A stretch of 64,000 bases of DNA from Candidatus Marinacidobacterales bacterium (lineage in GTDB: Bacteria > Acidobacteriota > Vicinamibacteria > Marinacidobacterales > SMYC01): assembly GCA_965237955.1 (NCBI GenBank), contig OZ250169.1:608001-672000 (forward strand), given 5' to 3'. A program made the position numbers and the translations under genes. Shown here piece by piece: positions 41,755 through 51,475 of the stretch. The notes beneath the pieces were generated by a model that was not told the DNA's origin, ran no database searches, and worked only from the letters and a program-made list of their open reading frames with translations. Within the stretch, counting starts at the first letter, position 1. Every line of letters begins with the position of its first letter.

Positions 41755-42519
41755 ATGTCAACGGGTGTAACAACCAACGAAACTGCGGAACGCGTCTCGT
41801 CGAAGTCGCGCCGCCGGCTTCTCGTGATCGTACCCGCGTTCAACGAGGGACCACGGCTTGTTGGAGTCGTCGAGAAAGTCTACCGCGAACACCCGCATGC
41901 CGATGTGCTCGTCGTAGACGACGGCTCTAGTGACGACACCGAGGGGCGCTCTCTCGATGCCGGAGCCATCGTCGCCCGCCATTCTTTCAACCTCGGCTAC
42001 GGTAGCGCGCTCGAGACCGGCTATCAATTCGCGGTCCAAGGCCACTACGACTATGTCGCTCAGCTCGACGGAGACGGACAACACGATCCGATCTCGCTCG
42101 CCGACGTCCTCACGCCCATCTTCGAGGATGCCGCCGACGTCACCATCGGGTCGCGGTTTCTGATCTCGTCGAGCTACCAGGCGCCTTGGGGTCGCAAGCT
42201 CGGAAACCATCTGTTCTCGTGGCTAGCGTCGCGGCTGACGGGCCGGCGGATCACCGACCCAACCTCGGGCTTGTGGGCGATGAACCGAAAAGCGACGGAG
42301 GCTCTCACCGGCGGCCAGTTCCCTCACGACTATCCCGACGCGGACGTTCTCATCGACCTCCACTACGCCGGCCTTCGTCTCACCGAAGTGCCCGTCGTCA
42401 TGCACCCGTCCCAGGGAGGCAGCTCCATGCACGACGGCGCCATGCCTCTCTACTACGTGTTCAAGATGCTCTTGTCCATGTTCTTGGCGACGTTGGGACG
42501 GAGACGCAAGTCTGTGTAG
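41755..42519 (+). CDS. GT2 polyprenol-phosphate glycosyltransferase (DPM1-like)
   Basis: VPAFNE, VVDDGSSD, NLGYG, LDGDGQH, GSRF, DPTSG. Confidence 0.9.
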   Translation: MSTGVTTNETAERVSSKSRRRLLVIVPAFNEGPRLVGVVEKVYREHPHADVLVVDDGSSDDTEGRSLDAGAIVARHSFNLGYGSALETGYQFAVQGHYDYVAQLDGDGQHDPISLADVLTPIFEDAADVTIGSRFLISSSYQAPWGRKLGNHLFSWLASRLTGRRITDPTSGLWAMNRKATEALTGGQFPHDYPDADVLIDLHYAGLRLTEVPVVMHPSQGGSSMHDGAMPLYYVFKMLLSMFLATLGRRRKSV

Positions 42520-42873
42520 ATGCCAATCCGCCAACAAGTCGTCGCGCTGATCATCAGCGTCGCCCTCCTCGTTTTGATCGTTGAGCTAGTGCGGCGCCGC
42601 AAGCTGCGCGAGGAGTATTCTGTCCTTTGGGTCCTCACCTCGATCACGGTCTTCGTGCTCGCGGTGTGGTACGACCTGCTGGTCGTATTGACGCGCCTCA
42701 TCGGTGCTGTCCTGCCGACGTCGACGCTCTTCTTCTTCGCGCTGATCTTACTCGTGCTCGTCTGCCTGCAGTTCTCGGTCCGCATCACCAAGCTCGACGA
42801 CCAAGTGAAAAAGCTCGCGCAAGCGCTGGCGCTCAAGGAAGCCAAGGGCCAGAAACAGAAACAAGATCGGTAG
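42520..42873 (+). CDS. DUF2304-family small membrane protein
   Basis: RRRKLREEYSVLW, 3 TM segments, coiled tail KKLAQALAL; directly after the GT2. Confidence 0.85.
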   Translation: MPIRQQVVALIISVALLVLIVELVRRRKLREEYSVLWVLTSITVFVLAVWYDLLVVLTRLIGAVLPTSTLFFFALILLVLVCLQFSVRITKLDDQVKKLAQALALKEAKGQKQKQDR

Positions 42874-43011
42874 CATCGAGTTTGTCTACCGAGACGGCAC
42901 CACAAGTTGGCTTGAACCGATTGCTGCGCACACTGCCATTCGAAGACCTACCCGCGACAATGCCGCTCGGGATAGATTCTATCAACGACGGCATCCCAGA
43001 ACGGCGACCCC

Positions 43012-43321
43012 GTCCTGTGCCAAAATTCGGCTCTTTGAAATAGACCATCACTCACCGCTTCTAAGACGCCGGTGGCGTCGTCGGGTCAACCATCACGAAG
43101 CCGCGGAGCATGACAGCTCTAAACCGCGCAATCAACGCTGGATCGAATTTTTGCGGAGCACAGCCGGATTAGGAACCTGGTGACCCCTCACGCGGTTGGT
43201 GCTTCCGCAGTCAAGTGTTGGCGGCCGCCGCGTAACCTGTTCGCGTGCTAGAGTTTTAGCCTGATTTCGAGAGGCGCAGTTCTTTCGCCGATGCCGGCTG
43301 GGCCGAGTTTTGGCACAGGAC
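43012..43321. mobile_element. 310 bp mini-element bounded by inverted motif A copies
   Basis: GTCCTGTGCCAAAATTCGG at 43012 and GGCCGAGTTTTGGCACAGGAC ending 43321; internal blocks shared with 3611-3650 and 50740-50800. Confidence 0.7.
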
Positions 43322-43999
43322 GGAGGTATCGAGTGAGTCGGAAGCGGGTGATTCGGTTGAAACAGGCAGAAGGCCTCATTGCTCGAGTACGCAAACGCTT
43401 CAAGCGCACGACGGTAAGCGGTCATGACCAGCCCGTCGCGGCCAATGTGCTCGGGCAAGACTTCGTCGCCGATGCGCCGAACCAACGGTGGGTCGGGGAC
43501 ACGACCGAGTTCGTGATCGGCAGCGGCGGGAAGCTTTATCTCGCGGCGCTCCTCGACCTCTACTCGCGATTCCTCGTTGGGTGGGCCGTAAGTGCTATTA
43601 ACGACCGTCACCTGGTTATCAAGGCGTTGCGGATGGCACTGAAACGTCGCCAACCGGCCGCGGGGCTCTTGCATCACTCCGATCAGGGCAGTCCGTATGC
43701 CAGCAAAGACTACCAACGTCTCCTTGAGACGCATGGCATGACCGGGAGCATGAGCCGACGGGGCAACTGCTACGACAACGCCGTCATCGAGAGCTGGTTC
43801 TCCACGGTCAAGCACGAGCTTGGGGAGCATTTCCTCAGTTGCGGCGAGGCCAAGATGGCCCTCTTTGACTTCATCGAGGTATTCTACAATCAGAGACGAC
43901 GACACTCGACCCTCGGCCAGGTCAGTCCGGCCGAGTTTGAACGACGGATGATGACTTCGCCAGCTTAACTAAACCGTCTACGAAGCCGGATCAAGCCCA
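43322..43999 (+). pseudogene. 5'-truncated IS3-family element (OrfB + right end)
   Basis: PNQRWVGDTT, HHSDQGSPY, GNCYDNAVIES; end GGATCAAGCCCA. Confidence 0.85.
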
Positions 44000-45048
44000 A
44001 TCACGGTGAAGGTCCACGCGAGGCTCTGACGACGGCGGAACGTGATGAGCTGGGTTCGCTACGACGTCGAGTGCGCACGTTGGAGCAAGAGCGAGAGATA
44101 TTAAAAAAGGCGGCGGCCTTCTTCGCGAAAGAAAGCGAATGAGATTCAATTTCATTCACGCGGAGCGGGCCAACTACCCGGTGCAGGTGATGTGCCGAGT
44201 CCTGAGGGTATCGACCAGCGGCTACTACGCTCAGATGAAGCGCTCGCCCAGCAAGCGACAGTGTGAGGATGGGAAGCTGAAGCTGCGCATCCAAGCGGTC
44301 CACGCCCATAGCCGTGGTACCTACGGCAGGGAGCGTGTACGTCGCCAGCTTGACGGAGAGAACGTCGAGGTGGGCAAGCAGCGAGTGGCACGGCTGATGC
44401 GTGAGATGGGTCTGCAGGGCCTGCCCAGCAAGCGTTTTCGCCGCATGGCCGACAGCAAGCACGATCGTCGTGTCGCACCCAACGTGCTCGGTCGGAACTT
44501 CGAAGCCGAACGACCGAACCAGTTCTGGGTGACGGACATAACCTTCATCCGGACTTGGGAAGGCTGGCTCTACTTGGCGGTCATCCTCGATCTGTTCTCG
44601 CGTCGTGTCGTCGGCTGGGCGATGCAGCTCCACCTGCGCGCGGAGCTTGCTCTCGAGGCGCTTCACATAGCCTTGGGGCGCCGCCTGCCGGAAAGTGGCT
44701 TGGTGCATCATTCAGACCGTGGTACTCAATACGCGGCTGCGACCTACCAGGCCGTGCTCGATGAGTACGGCATCGTGTGCTCGATGAGCCGCAAGGGTGA
44801 TTGCTGGGACAACGCCGTGACCGAGAGCTTCTTCGGCACGCTCAAGACCGAGCTCCTCCACCGACATAGTTGGCCAACACGACGTATGGCCAAAGACGCG
44901 GTCGCGAGCTACATCGAGGGGTTCTACAATCCGTATCGACTCCACTCGTCACTCGATTACAACAGCCCAATGGTGTTCGAACGGATTAATGACCTCAAAA
45001 CTGCTCATGCGAGATAATCAACCTGTCCACTTTTCCTGGGCAAGGTCA
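44000..45048 (+). mobile_element. 5'-truncated IS3-family element; OrfB 44139-45017
   Basis: [13 protein letters not shown] with AAAAAAG slippery site; WVTDIT, HHSDRG, GDCWDNAVTESFF; right IR ...GCAAGGTCA. Confidence 0.9.
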
Positions 45049-45075
45049 ACCTGAACTAAGGCCGACAAGAGTTCC

Positions 45076-45762
45076 TTATGTCCCATTGCCTAGGCCTTTG
45101 TTTCTAAGGGCCTCATACAGGCGCCTCGTGTCATTGTCCTCGAAGAACTCATTGCGCGGCGCGTGCGACGGCCTGAGCAATTCCTTTCTAGCTGACAATA
45201 TCTCCTTCACCGGCAGTTTGGTAAGCGTATGGAGCTTTTCAGCCCAATGGGTTTCGGCCGTGTCAATCAGCTCCTCGTAGCTTATCAAGGCTGACGGGTA
45301 GAGGCTAGCCTGTAGAAGAATGGCGTTGTTGACATCTATCCAAATGTCCCTGCTCTTCTGGTACGTATAGACTTTTTTGTGGAAAACGCTGGGCCAATAG
45401 CCGCTGAACTTGCGGTAGATTCCGATCAACCCGAACGGCTCGCCAAACCGATTTATTTCATGCACCAACCACACCAACCGGGGCGACTTAACGTAGTCAG
45501 CAGCTAGGAGGGTTCTTCTTAGAACTCGCCTACAAACGCCCATAAACGCGCCGGCTGTTCTGTCAAAGAGTAAAGAGTTCGCTATGCGCTCATGCCAGAT
45601 GTACCACTTATAAGCCTTTAAGATATATAAGCTGTCAAAAGCTCCGCCGCCAGGTCCCCAATGTTCCACCGCTGGCATTTCAAAGGAGCCACCCGCTTTG
45701 GCAATAATGGCGGAGAGGAAAGAAGAGCCACAACGTCCGGTTCCAACGATAAGAAACTTCAT
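45076..45762 (-). CDS. Sulfotransferase-like protein
   Basis: FLIVGTGRCGSSFL, VKSPRL, ISYEELI; visibly lower GC. Confidence 0.7.
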   Translation of the reverse strand: MKFLIVGTGRCGSSFLSAIIAKAGGSFEMPAVEHWGPGGGAFDSLYILKAYKWYIWHERIANSLLFDRTAGAFMGVCRRVLRRTLLAADYVKSPRLVWLVHEINRFGEPFGLIGIYRKFSGYWPSVFHKKVYTYQKSRDIWIDVNNAILLQASLYPSALISYEELIDTAETHWAEKLHTLTKLPVKEILSARKELLRPSHAPRNEFFEDNDTRRLYEALRNKGLGNGT

Positions 45763-45841
45763 CTTACAATTGAGATGATCTCTTGGTATTCATATCATAG
45801 TCCAAAAAGCGTTGTGCATCGTCAAAAAGTGCTCCGCCCAC

Positions 45842-45910
45842 TGCGTATTCCGGGCATCGCGATCGGTACTTTCGAGTGACCGAAATCGTTCGTTCACTCG
45901 AAAGTACCAG
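45842..45910 (+). repeat. Isolated IS21-type end
   Basis: TGCGTATTCCGGGCATCG start; truncates the gene tail at 45764-45841. Confidence 0.55.
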
Positions 45911-46036
45911 TCTGCGGCCTCTAGCCTCGAAGAGGGACTGGAGGAGACCTTGACGTTGCATCGTCTTGGCGTGTACGGGGTGCTCGGTCACTTGCTAAAG
46001 ACGACGAACTGCCTCGAGTCCGTCAATGCGCTTGTC

Positions 46037-46170
46037 TGACCTTGCCCAGGAAAAGTGGACGGGTTGATTATCTCGCATGAGCAGTTTTGAGATCATGAAT
46101 CCGTTCGAACACCATTGGGCTGTTGTAATCGAGTGACGAGTGGAGTCGATACCGGATTGTAGAACCCCTC
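46037..46170 (-). repeat. Inverted copy of the IS3 right end (44916-45048)
   Basis: Near-exact reverse complement. Confidence 0.9.
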
Positions 46171-46848
46171 AATGGGCTTGACTCAGCAGCCGACCATGGC
46201 AGGTCTAAAACGCGCAATCAACACTGGATAGATTTTTACGGAGCACAGGTACGCGATCTTCTTTTTTGCGGGTCACAGGCCTATCGAGCCGGGGCGTCTT
46301 TCGGCGAAGCTACGAGATATGGAACTCATATTCACGCCAATTCCTCACGCGATAGGCCTTCTTCACATACTTCCGCTGAGTGCGTTTGAAAATGCTCATG
46401 GGGAACCTCGAATCCGCGAGTACAGAACAATTGTGGACCGAGATCGCGAGTTGTGCTCCAAGGCAGGGCTTTGCTAGAGTAAGGTGTAACGCGAGACGCG
46501 CGGGAAGTGCGGAACGGGCCTCATTTTCGGTCCCGGTTTCGAATCTAGATTTTCGAGGGGAGCGTTTGCGCCGACGAGAGGGGCGGGCGCTGGCGCAAGG
46601 CGTCCTCGCAGCCAGCCAGGCTGGCGGCGGGGGGGCGGCTTAGGTACTTCCGAGCGTCGGGAGCGTTGCGAACGGGCCGGCCCCGTGGAAGGCACGACGA
46701 ATCCGTTGTCGGTGATGCTGTGCGTCTCCGGCCAGAGCCCCCGGTGAGGAGTCTCACGTGAGCGGGCAACGTCAGCGGGGCGACCGGTCGACTCTGCCTC
46801 GAACAGGTAGCCCCGCCTCGCGAGAGCGTCGAGATGGAGTGTAGGTAG

Positions 46849-47033
46849 ATGTGCGTAGCAAGAACCGAGCCAGAAAACGACGGCAAACGTTTTTTCTCCA
46901 GAAGCTATCTCTCCGAGTACCGGTGGTCCAGCTACTGGCATCAGATCGAATGCGTGCTCAAGAACGTCCGCGAAGGAGACGTCTTGGAGATCGGCGTCGG
47001 CAACGGCACCGTCTCGAATTTGCTCAAGACGCC
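46849..47033 (+). pseudogene. SAM methyltransferase N-terminus truncated by motif A
   Basis: RWSSYWHQI...VLEIGVGNG. Confidence 0.75.
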
Positions 47034-47343
47034 GTCCTGTGCCAAAACTCAGCCCTTTTGAAACAGACCATAAATCAGCAGCTTAGCGACTGGGCCAAGG
47101 GCCCTTAGGCTCTACAGTTACCCAAAACCCGCGGTCGACGTTCGAGAGCCGCGGCCGTTTCACCGAACGGCGGAGGACGGCGAGCTGCTGCCGAAGAGCG
47201 ACATTGTCGAGAGCCAGCTCGCGACGAGCCTTGAAGGCGGAGATGAGAGCGCGAACAAACGACGAAATCAAGCAGGCATGGTGCCGGCAGACCGGAGACT
47301 AATCAAGTTTGGGGCGCCCGGATGAATAAATAGAAGGCACAGG
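47034..47343 (-). mobile_element. Deleted integrase-core element (ends K and A) with a transposase N-terminal fragment
   Basis: ORF 47083-47271 RRELALDNVALRQQLAVLRRSVKRPRLSNVDRGFWV between the two ends. Confidence 0.75.
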
Positions 47344-47395
47344 GAGAAACAGATAGGCCGCGCCTACGGAGCACCGCGCCAGCCCTCGACCCTAC
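47342..47395 (+). ncRNA. Group II intron 3' tip (domain VI)
   Basis: Identical to 49563-49616, ends CTCGACCCTAC. Confidence 0.7.
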
Positions 47396-47455
47396 CGGGA
47401 GCGATGATATTCCCTTCTTGAAGTGACTTCCGCTGGAATTGCCTGTGCTATCCCT

Positions 47456-47989
47456 TTAGTCTTTCTTCTCATCGATTCGTCGTACAGCTCGCTTGTAAAG
47501 AAGCAAGAGCTGCGCTCCGAGAACAACGTGCCAGCATTCTCGAATGGCCAGCGATGCAGTGCCGTATAATACCCAGGCCGCTAAGTAGTAACTCCTACCG
47601 GAACTGTCCCAGGAAGACGTCGTGTCAAATACGCCGAGACCAGCAATCCCCCACAGAACGAGGCAGACCAATAGAGCCAAAACGGCAGTCTGGAAAGTGT
47701 AGACGTAGACCTCAAACCCTGCTGGATTCTTCTCAGAGAGTTTGTCGATCTCTGGAGATTGGGCAATAGCCATCGCATTGCCTACCCAGGCGAAGCTCGT
47801 TCCCACAAAGACTCCAGCCAGTGGCAACAGGACCGTTTGCGCAGCGACTTCAAGTCGAACGGGAACGAGCCCGACAGCGGCAACTCCAATGCCAGCATGG
47901 AGTACCAGCCACCTATCGACAAGCCTTCGCCATCCTGGACGCTCTCCGCGAAGGAACCAACTCCAATAGCTACTCGGGCGCTGCACCAT
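47456..47989 (-). CDS. 4-TM membrane protein (RexB-like architecture)
   Basis: Four hydrophobic segments; overlaps the upstream gene by 20 nt. Confidence 0.7.
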   Translation of the reverse strand: MVQRPSSYWSWFLRGERPGWRRLVDRWLVLHAGIGVAAVGLVPVRLEVAAQTVLLPLAGVFVGTSFAWVGNAMAIAQSPEIDKLSEKNPAGFEVYVYTFQTAVLALLVCLVLWGIAGLGVFDTTSSWDSSGRSYYLAAWVLYGTASLAIRECWHVVLGAQLLLLYKRAVRRIDEKKD

Positions 47990-48821
47990 CTCGTACTCGG
48001 ACCCGTCGATACTCTTTCCGCGCCCTTTGGATGGCGCCTACTTTCTCTTGTGCCGAGTCGAGTGAATCCACGCTGACACTCGCAATATTTCCCCTCAGCT
48101 TGCGCACCACAGGCGGACTCTCGGCATCCAGTTGTACACGAGCCGTGACATCGTCTCCGGTCGTGGCTGCAGATCTCGATATCTGCTCTAGAGGTGCTGC
48201 TCTTAACTGGGAGCCCCTGATCGTAGCTTGTCCAACGTTCCCGTTTGCCTCCTCAAGCAGCGCTCCGAACGGCTTAACGAAGTCCTCGTCCTCATCGAAC
48301 GGATTTCGACGCATGAATGTAAACGTGAAAGATCGAATCGAATACGCACTGGAGAGTACATTCAGAAAGTCGTCGGGACTATTCACGCGTCCAACTTCAA
48401 AGCGGACTTCATTCTCGAGAGCCGCCTTGCTGTTATTCAACAGCCGTTGGAGCGATCGAGCGATTCCGATTGTAGATGGCGACAAGGCTGTGTTCTTCGC
48501 GAGCGCACACAACTCGAGGCTAAAATCAAGGACGGCATGCGTATACGGAGCATTCGCAAGCTCAGCCTCAGTGAAGTTCCCAGTGTTATCAATTTGAGAC
48601 AGCGTGGCTCTAGACTGTTTCCCCAGTCGAAAATAGATATTACCCTCCTCAAGCTCCTCCACGTTTCCAACGTGCCAAGCCACACGTCGCGTGGTCAGAC
48701 GACTTCTTGGCTGCTCCAACATCGCCCACCGCAGCACTTCGGCTGGCTCAAGATTCTGAGTGAACAACGAACCAAGCGCGGTCTTTGGGAAGACTCTGAT
48801 CCGAAAGAGGTCAAGTTGCAT
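47970..48821 (-). CDS. Soluble ~283 aa protein, DUF4747/RexA-like
   Basis: WHVGN, YFRLGK, APYT, IRSFTFTFMRRNPFD pattern; family call from recollection, not from a search. Confidence 0.55.
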   Translation of the reverse strand: MQLDLFRIRVFPKTALGSLFTQNLEPAEVLRWAMLEQPRSRLTTRRVAWHVGNVEELEEGNIYFRLGKQSRATLSQIDNTGNFTEAELANAPYTHAVLDFSLELCALAKNTALSPSTIGIARSLQRLLNNSKAALENEVRFEVGRVNSPDDFLNVLSSAYSIRSFTFTFMRRNPFDEDEDFVKPFGALLEEANGNVGQATIRGSQLRAAPLEQISRSAATTGDDVTARVQLDAESPPVVRKLRGNIASVSVDSLDSAQEKVGAIQRARKEYRRVRVRDGAAPE

Positions 48822-48913
48822 GATGTTTCGTCGGTTTAAGGACCAGACTCTACCCAAATGGAACTACACCATCCGACCGTCTTGAAAACGGGAACTTATT
48901 TTGTCGCCGGCCC

Positions 48914-49258
48914 TTAGTCATCTGATTGGCTCCTTGCGTCAATGGTGTATGCCTGAACGGCTCTTCGGATTGCTTCGCACTCAGCGTCACTCTCCACCGT
49001 GTGTCCTGCTAACCCTGTCCTTATGGTTCCGTCTGATGTTTCAAACACCCGCTGGACCGTTGTGGTAAGGATCACCGAACAGCCCGAACCGTCATCTTGC
49101 TCCCCGACCAAAATCAGGTGCTCAATGTTGGCTACGAAGTTTCCCCACCGTACGAACTGCGGTTCAAAGGATGCTGCGGCCAGCAGTGCTCCCACCGTGA
49201 GCACGATCGCTGCTACTATGGTCCCACCCGCTTGAATTAGTGCATCGGCTTTTGGCAC
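48914..49258 (-). CDS. Hypothetical protein with an N-terminal TM helix
   Basis: 114 aa ORF with a hydrophobic N-terminus. Confidence 0.4.
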   Translation of the reverse strand: MPKADALIQAGGTIVAAIVLTVGALLAAASFEPQFVRWGNFVANIEHLILVGEQDDGSGCSVILTTTVQRVFETSDGTIRTGLAGHTVESDAECEAIRRAVQAYTIDARSQSDD

Positions 49259-49424
49259 GCTGGCAGTATACCACCGGGTTGTGGTGATGACGTTTACCCC
49301 TGCTCGTTGAAGGAGGCACTGCTAATGACCATTCTGCATCCCACGTTCCCAGATAACGGTGACATTCATCCTGATCGAGTCAGCGCCTTCAAGCGTTCGG
49401 AGCTTGGAGGGGTAGACGCCCCGG

Positions 49425-49616
49425 CTCGATAGGTCACATAACCCTTCGCGGGAAGTGTGCAGGAGCGCCGCGTAGTGCGGGAAAGCCGCACGCTGCGTGC
49501 GATGTGGCGGGGGCTGGAAACGGACTTACGGTGCGGCTAGTGAGGCACTACCACAGGAAACGGGGAGAAACAGATAGGCCGCGCCTACGGAGCACCGCGC
49601 CAGCCCTCGACCCTAC
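49425..49616 (+). ncRNA. Group II intron 3' remnant (domains V-VI)
   Basis: CGTAGTGCGGGAAAGCCGCACGCTGCGTGCGATGTGGCGGGGG domain V with GAAA loop; long domain VI ending CCCTAC; no RT ORF. Confidence 0.8.
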
Positions 49617-49796
49617 CGCGGTTCCGGGTAGGACGCTTCTGGTCATTTCGGTGAGAAGCGCCAGCAATGGCGGCAAAGAACAACTGCTCTGCTTCGCTCA
49701 CCCTTGGCCGCGCAAGACCTCGTCAACCTGCCGCGGCAGTTGAAACACCTGGCGGCGCGGAGTCGGCTCCCTCCGTGAACGTCCACTTGAGTTCCA

Positions 49797-50207
49797 TACG
49801 CCAAGAACGGGATCGATGCTCGCAAAGCCTATGACGAGCTCGTCGCCAAGTGGACGCCTCTCGCGACGGCCGTCGTCCGAAGCCTAGAGGAGGCCGGTAA
49901 TCAGCTGCTGACCTTCTACGAATTCCCTCGTGCCATGTGGAAATCGATTCGAACGACCAATGCTCTGGAGAATCTCAACCGCGAGTTTCGACGCCGGACG
50001 AAAACCCAAGCGTCGTTCTCCAGCGAGGAGTCCGCGGTCGCTTTGCTGTTTGGGCTTATCGCCTCTGGCCAGATTCAACTACGACGCATCGACGGCTACC
50101 AACGTCTGAGCGAAGTTCTCGAACACGCGGAGGTTGCCGCCTGATCTGATACTCTGATGACGGAGTGGAGGGCGCCGTTCTTTTTCCACGGACCTCGGGA
50201 CACATCC
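49797..50207 (+). pseudogene. IS256 3' fragment with right IR
   Basis: Near-identical to 8390-8800. Confidence 0.92.
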
Positions 50208-50366
50208 GGGCGTACCCGTCGGATTCCGGCTCGGAGTACCGGTCAACATCGGCGAGCATCACCTTCACACTGCCCTGCGGGAAGATCAGGGTATCGCCAG
50301 GTTCCACCAGTATGGCCTCGCCGTTGTCACGTTCCCCGTAGTTCAGGGTTCGACCGCACACCGTAC

Positions 50367-50499
50367 TGCGTATTCCGGGGCATCGTGAACGCAGATTCCA
50401 GCCGAAGGTGAACATCCATTCCAAAGCATCGTGAACACGGATTCCGGGGATCGTGAACATCGATTCCGGGGAAGGTGAACACGGATTCCAGGCAACGTG
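50367..50499 (+). repeat. Isolated IS21 left end with ~22 bp repeats
   Basis: Reverse complement of ~17035-17146 with one extra repeat unit. Confidence 0.88.
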
Positions 50500-50811
50500 C
50501 GTCCCGGCGAGCCGGTCTTGAGTTCGTTTGTGTTTTTGGACACGACGGGCACGATAAGCCCCAAAATCGGGTGCTTCCGCCATCAAGTGTTGGTGAGATG
50601 ACGCTAAGACTTTACGGTGCATTAAGTTACAGCCAAAATAGCGCTCGTGACCTTCGCTGCGCGCTAAATGGAGCGTAAGTGCCTCTTTTGCAAAGGGATG
50701 CGTACACATCACCAACAGTAAACAGCGCAAGCACCCAAACTCTAGCACACGAGCGGGTTACGCGGCAGACACCAACACTTGATTGCGGAAGCACCAACAG
50801 CAAACAGCGCA

Positions 50812-50935
50812 AGCACCCGCTTGAGAAGGACGCGCCCGAGCCTCGCCGCGTAGAGTCGCCAGCAATGGGCAAAGTGAGAGCCATTCCAAAGGTCGGTGGT
50901 CTCCATCATCAATTACACTCGACGCGCTGCTTGAG
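50812..50935 (+). pseudogene. Integrase-core transposase C-terminal fragment
   Basis: LEKDAPEPRRVESPAMGKVRAIPKVGGLHH. Confidence 0.65.
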
Positions 50936-51161
50936 TCCGACCTGCTCGGGACGGCTGCGGGACTTCGCGCCAGGTTACACCTCTGCCCCTGAGTAGAGCC
51001 GACGCCGACCCTCAAAACGTCCTACATGAAGACGACCCAAGCATCCCGATTGTAGGCAGTTCGCCAATCTCATGCAGGCTGGAGTTTATGGAAGGGGCAG
51101 GTTGGCCTTGTATCGGATCGTGAGCTGAAATAACATCGCCCACGCTAGGATAAAGTCCAAC

Positions 51162-51345
51162 GTGAAGATCATCATTACGATGCCCGCTTATCGGGCGGCA
51201 CGAACCCTGGAGAACACCTACCGTGAGATCCCCCGCGACTGCTTCGACGACGTGCTCGTCGTGGACGCCGCGAGCTCCGACGATACGGTAGCGGTTGCGC
51301 GTTCCCTCGGCCTGAAGACGAGACAGCATCCCGCCAACCGCGGAA
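51162..51345 (+). pseudogene. GT2 glycosyltransferase N-terminal fragment
   Basis: ITMPAYRAARTL, VLVVDAASSDDT, HPANRG, then similarity stops. Confidence 0.75.
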
Positions 51346-51475
51346 GACAACGAGCGCTACGACGCTCAAGTTGTGGAAGAGTTCGGTAAAGCATGCGCGC
51401 ATCGGTTGAAGACTGGCGAGCTGTCGTTGTAGCGCGACGTCGCATGCGAGCTCCGCTGTTCCAACCTAGCGGGAG

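Larger units (their letters stand above)
33128..43011 (+). repeat. Arm 1 of a ~9.9 kb inverted duplication
   Basis: Reverse complement of 53246-64000; ORF coordinates sum to 96257 over the inner part. Confidence 0.98.

Noticed and set aside
49425-49616. Functional retroelement, retron or DGR
   Set aside because: No reverse transcriptase ORF or template/variable repeat pair in the window
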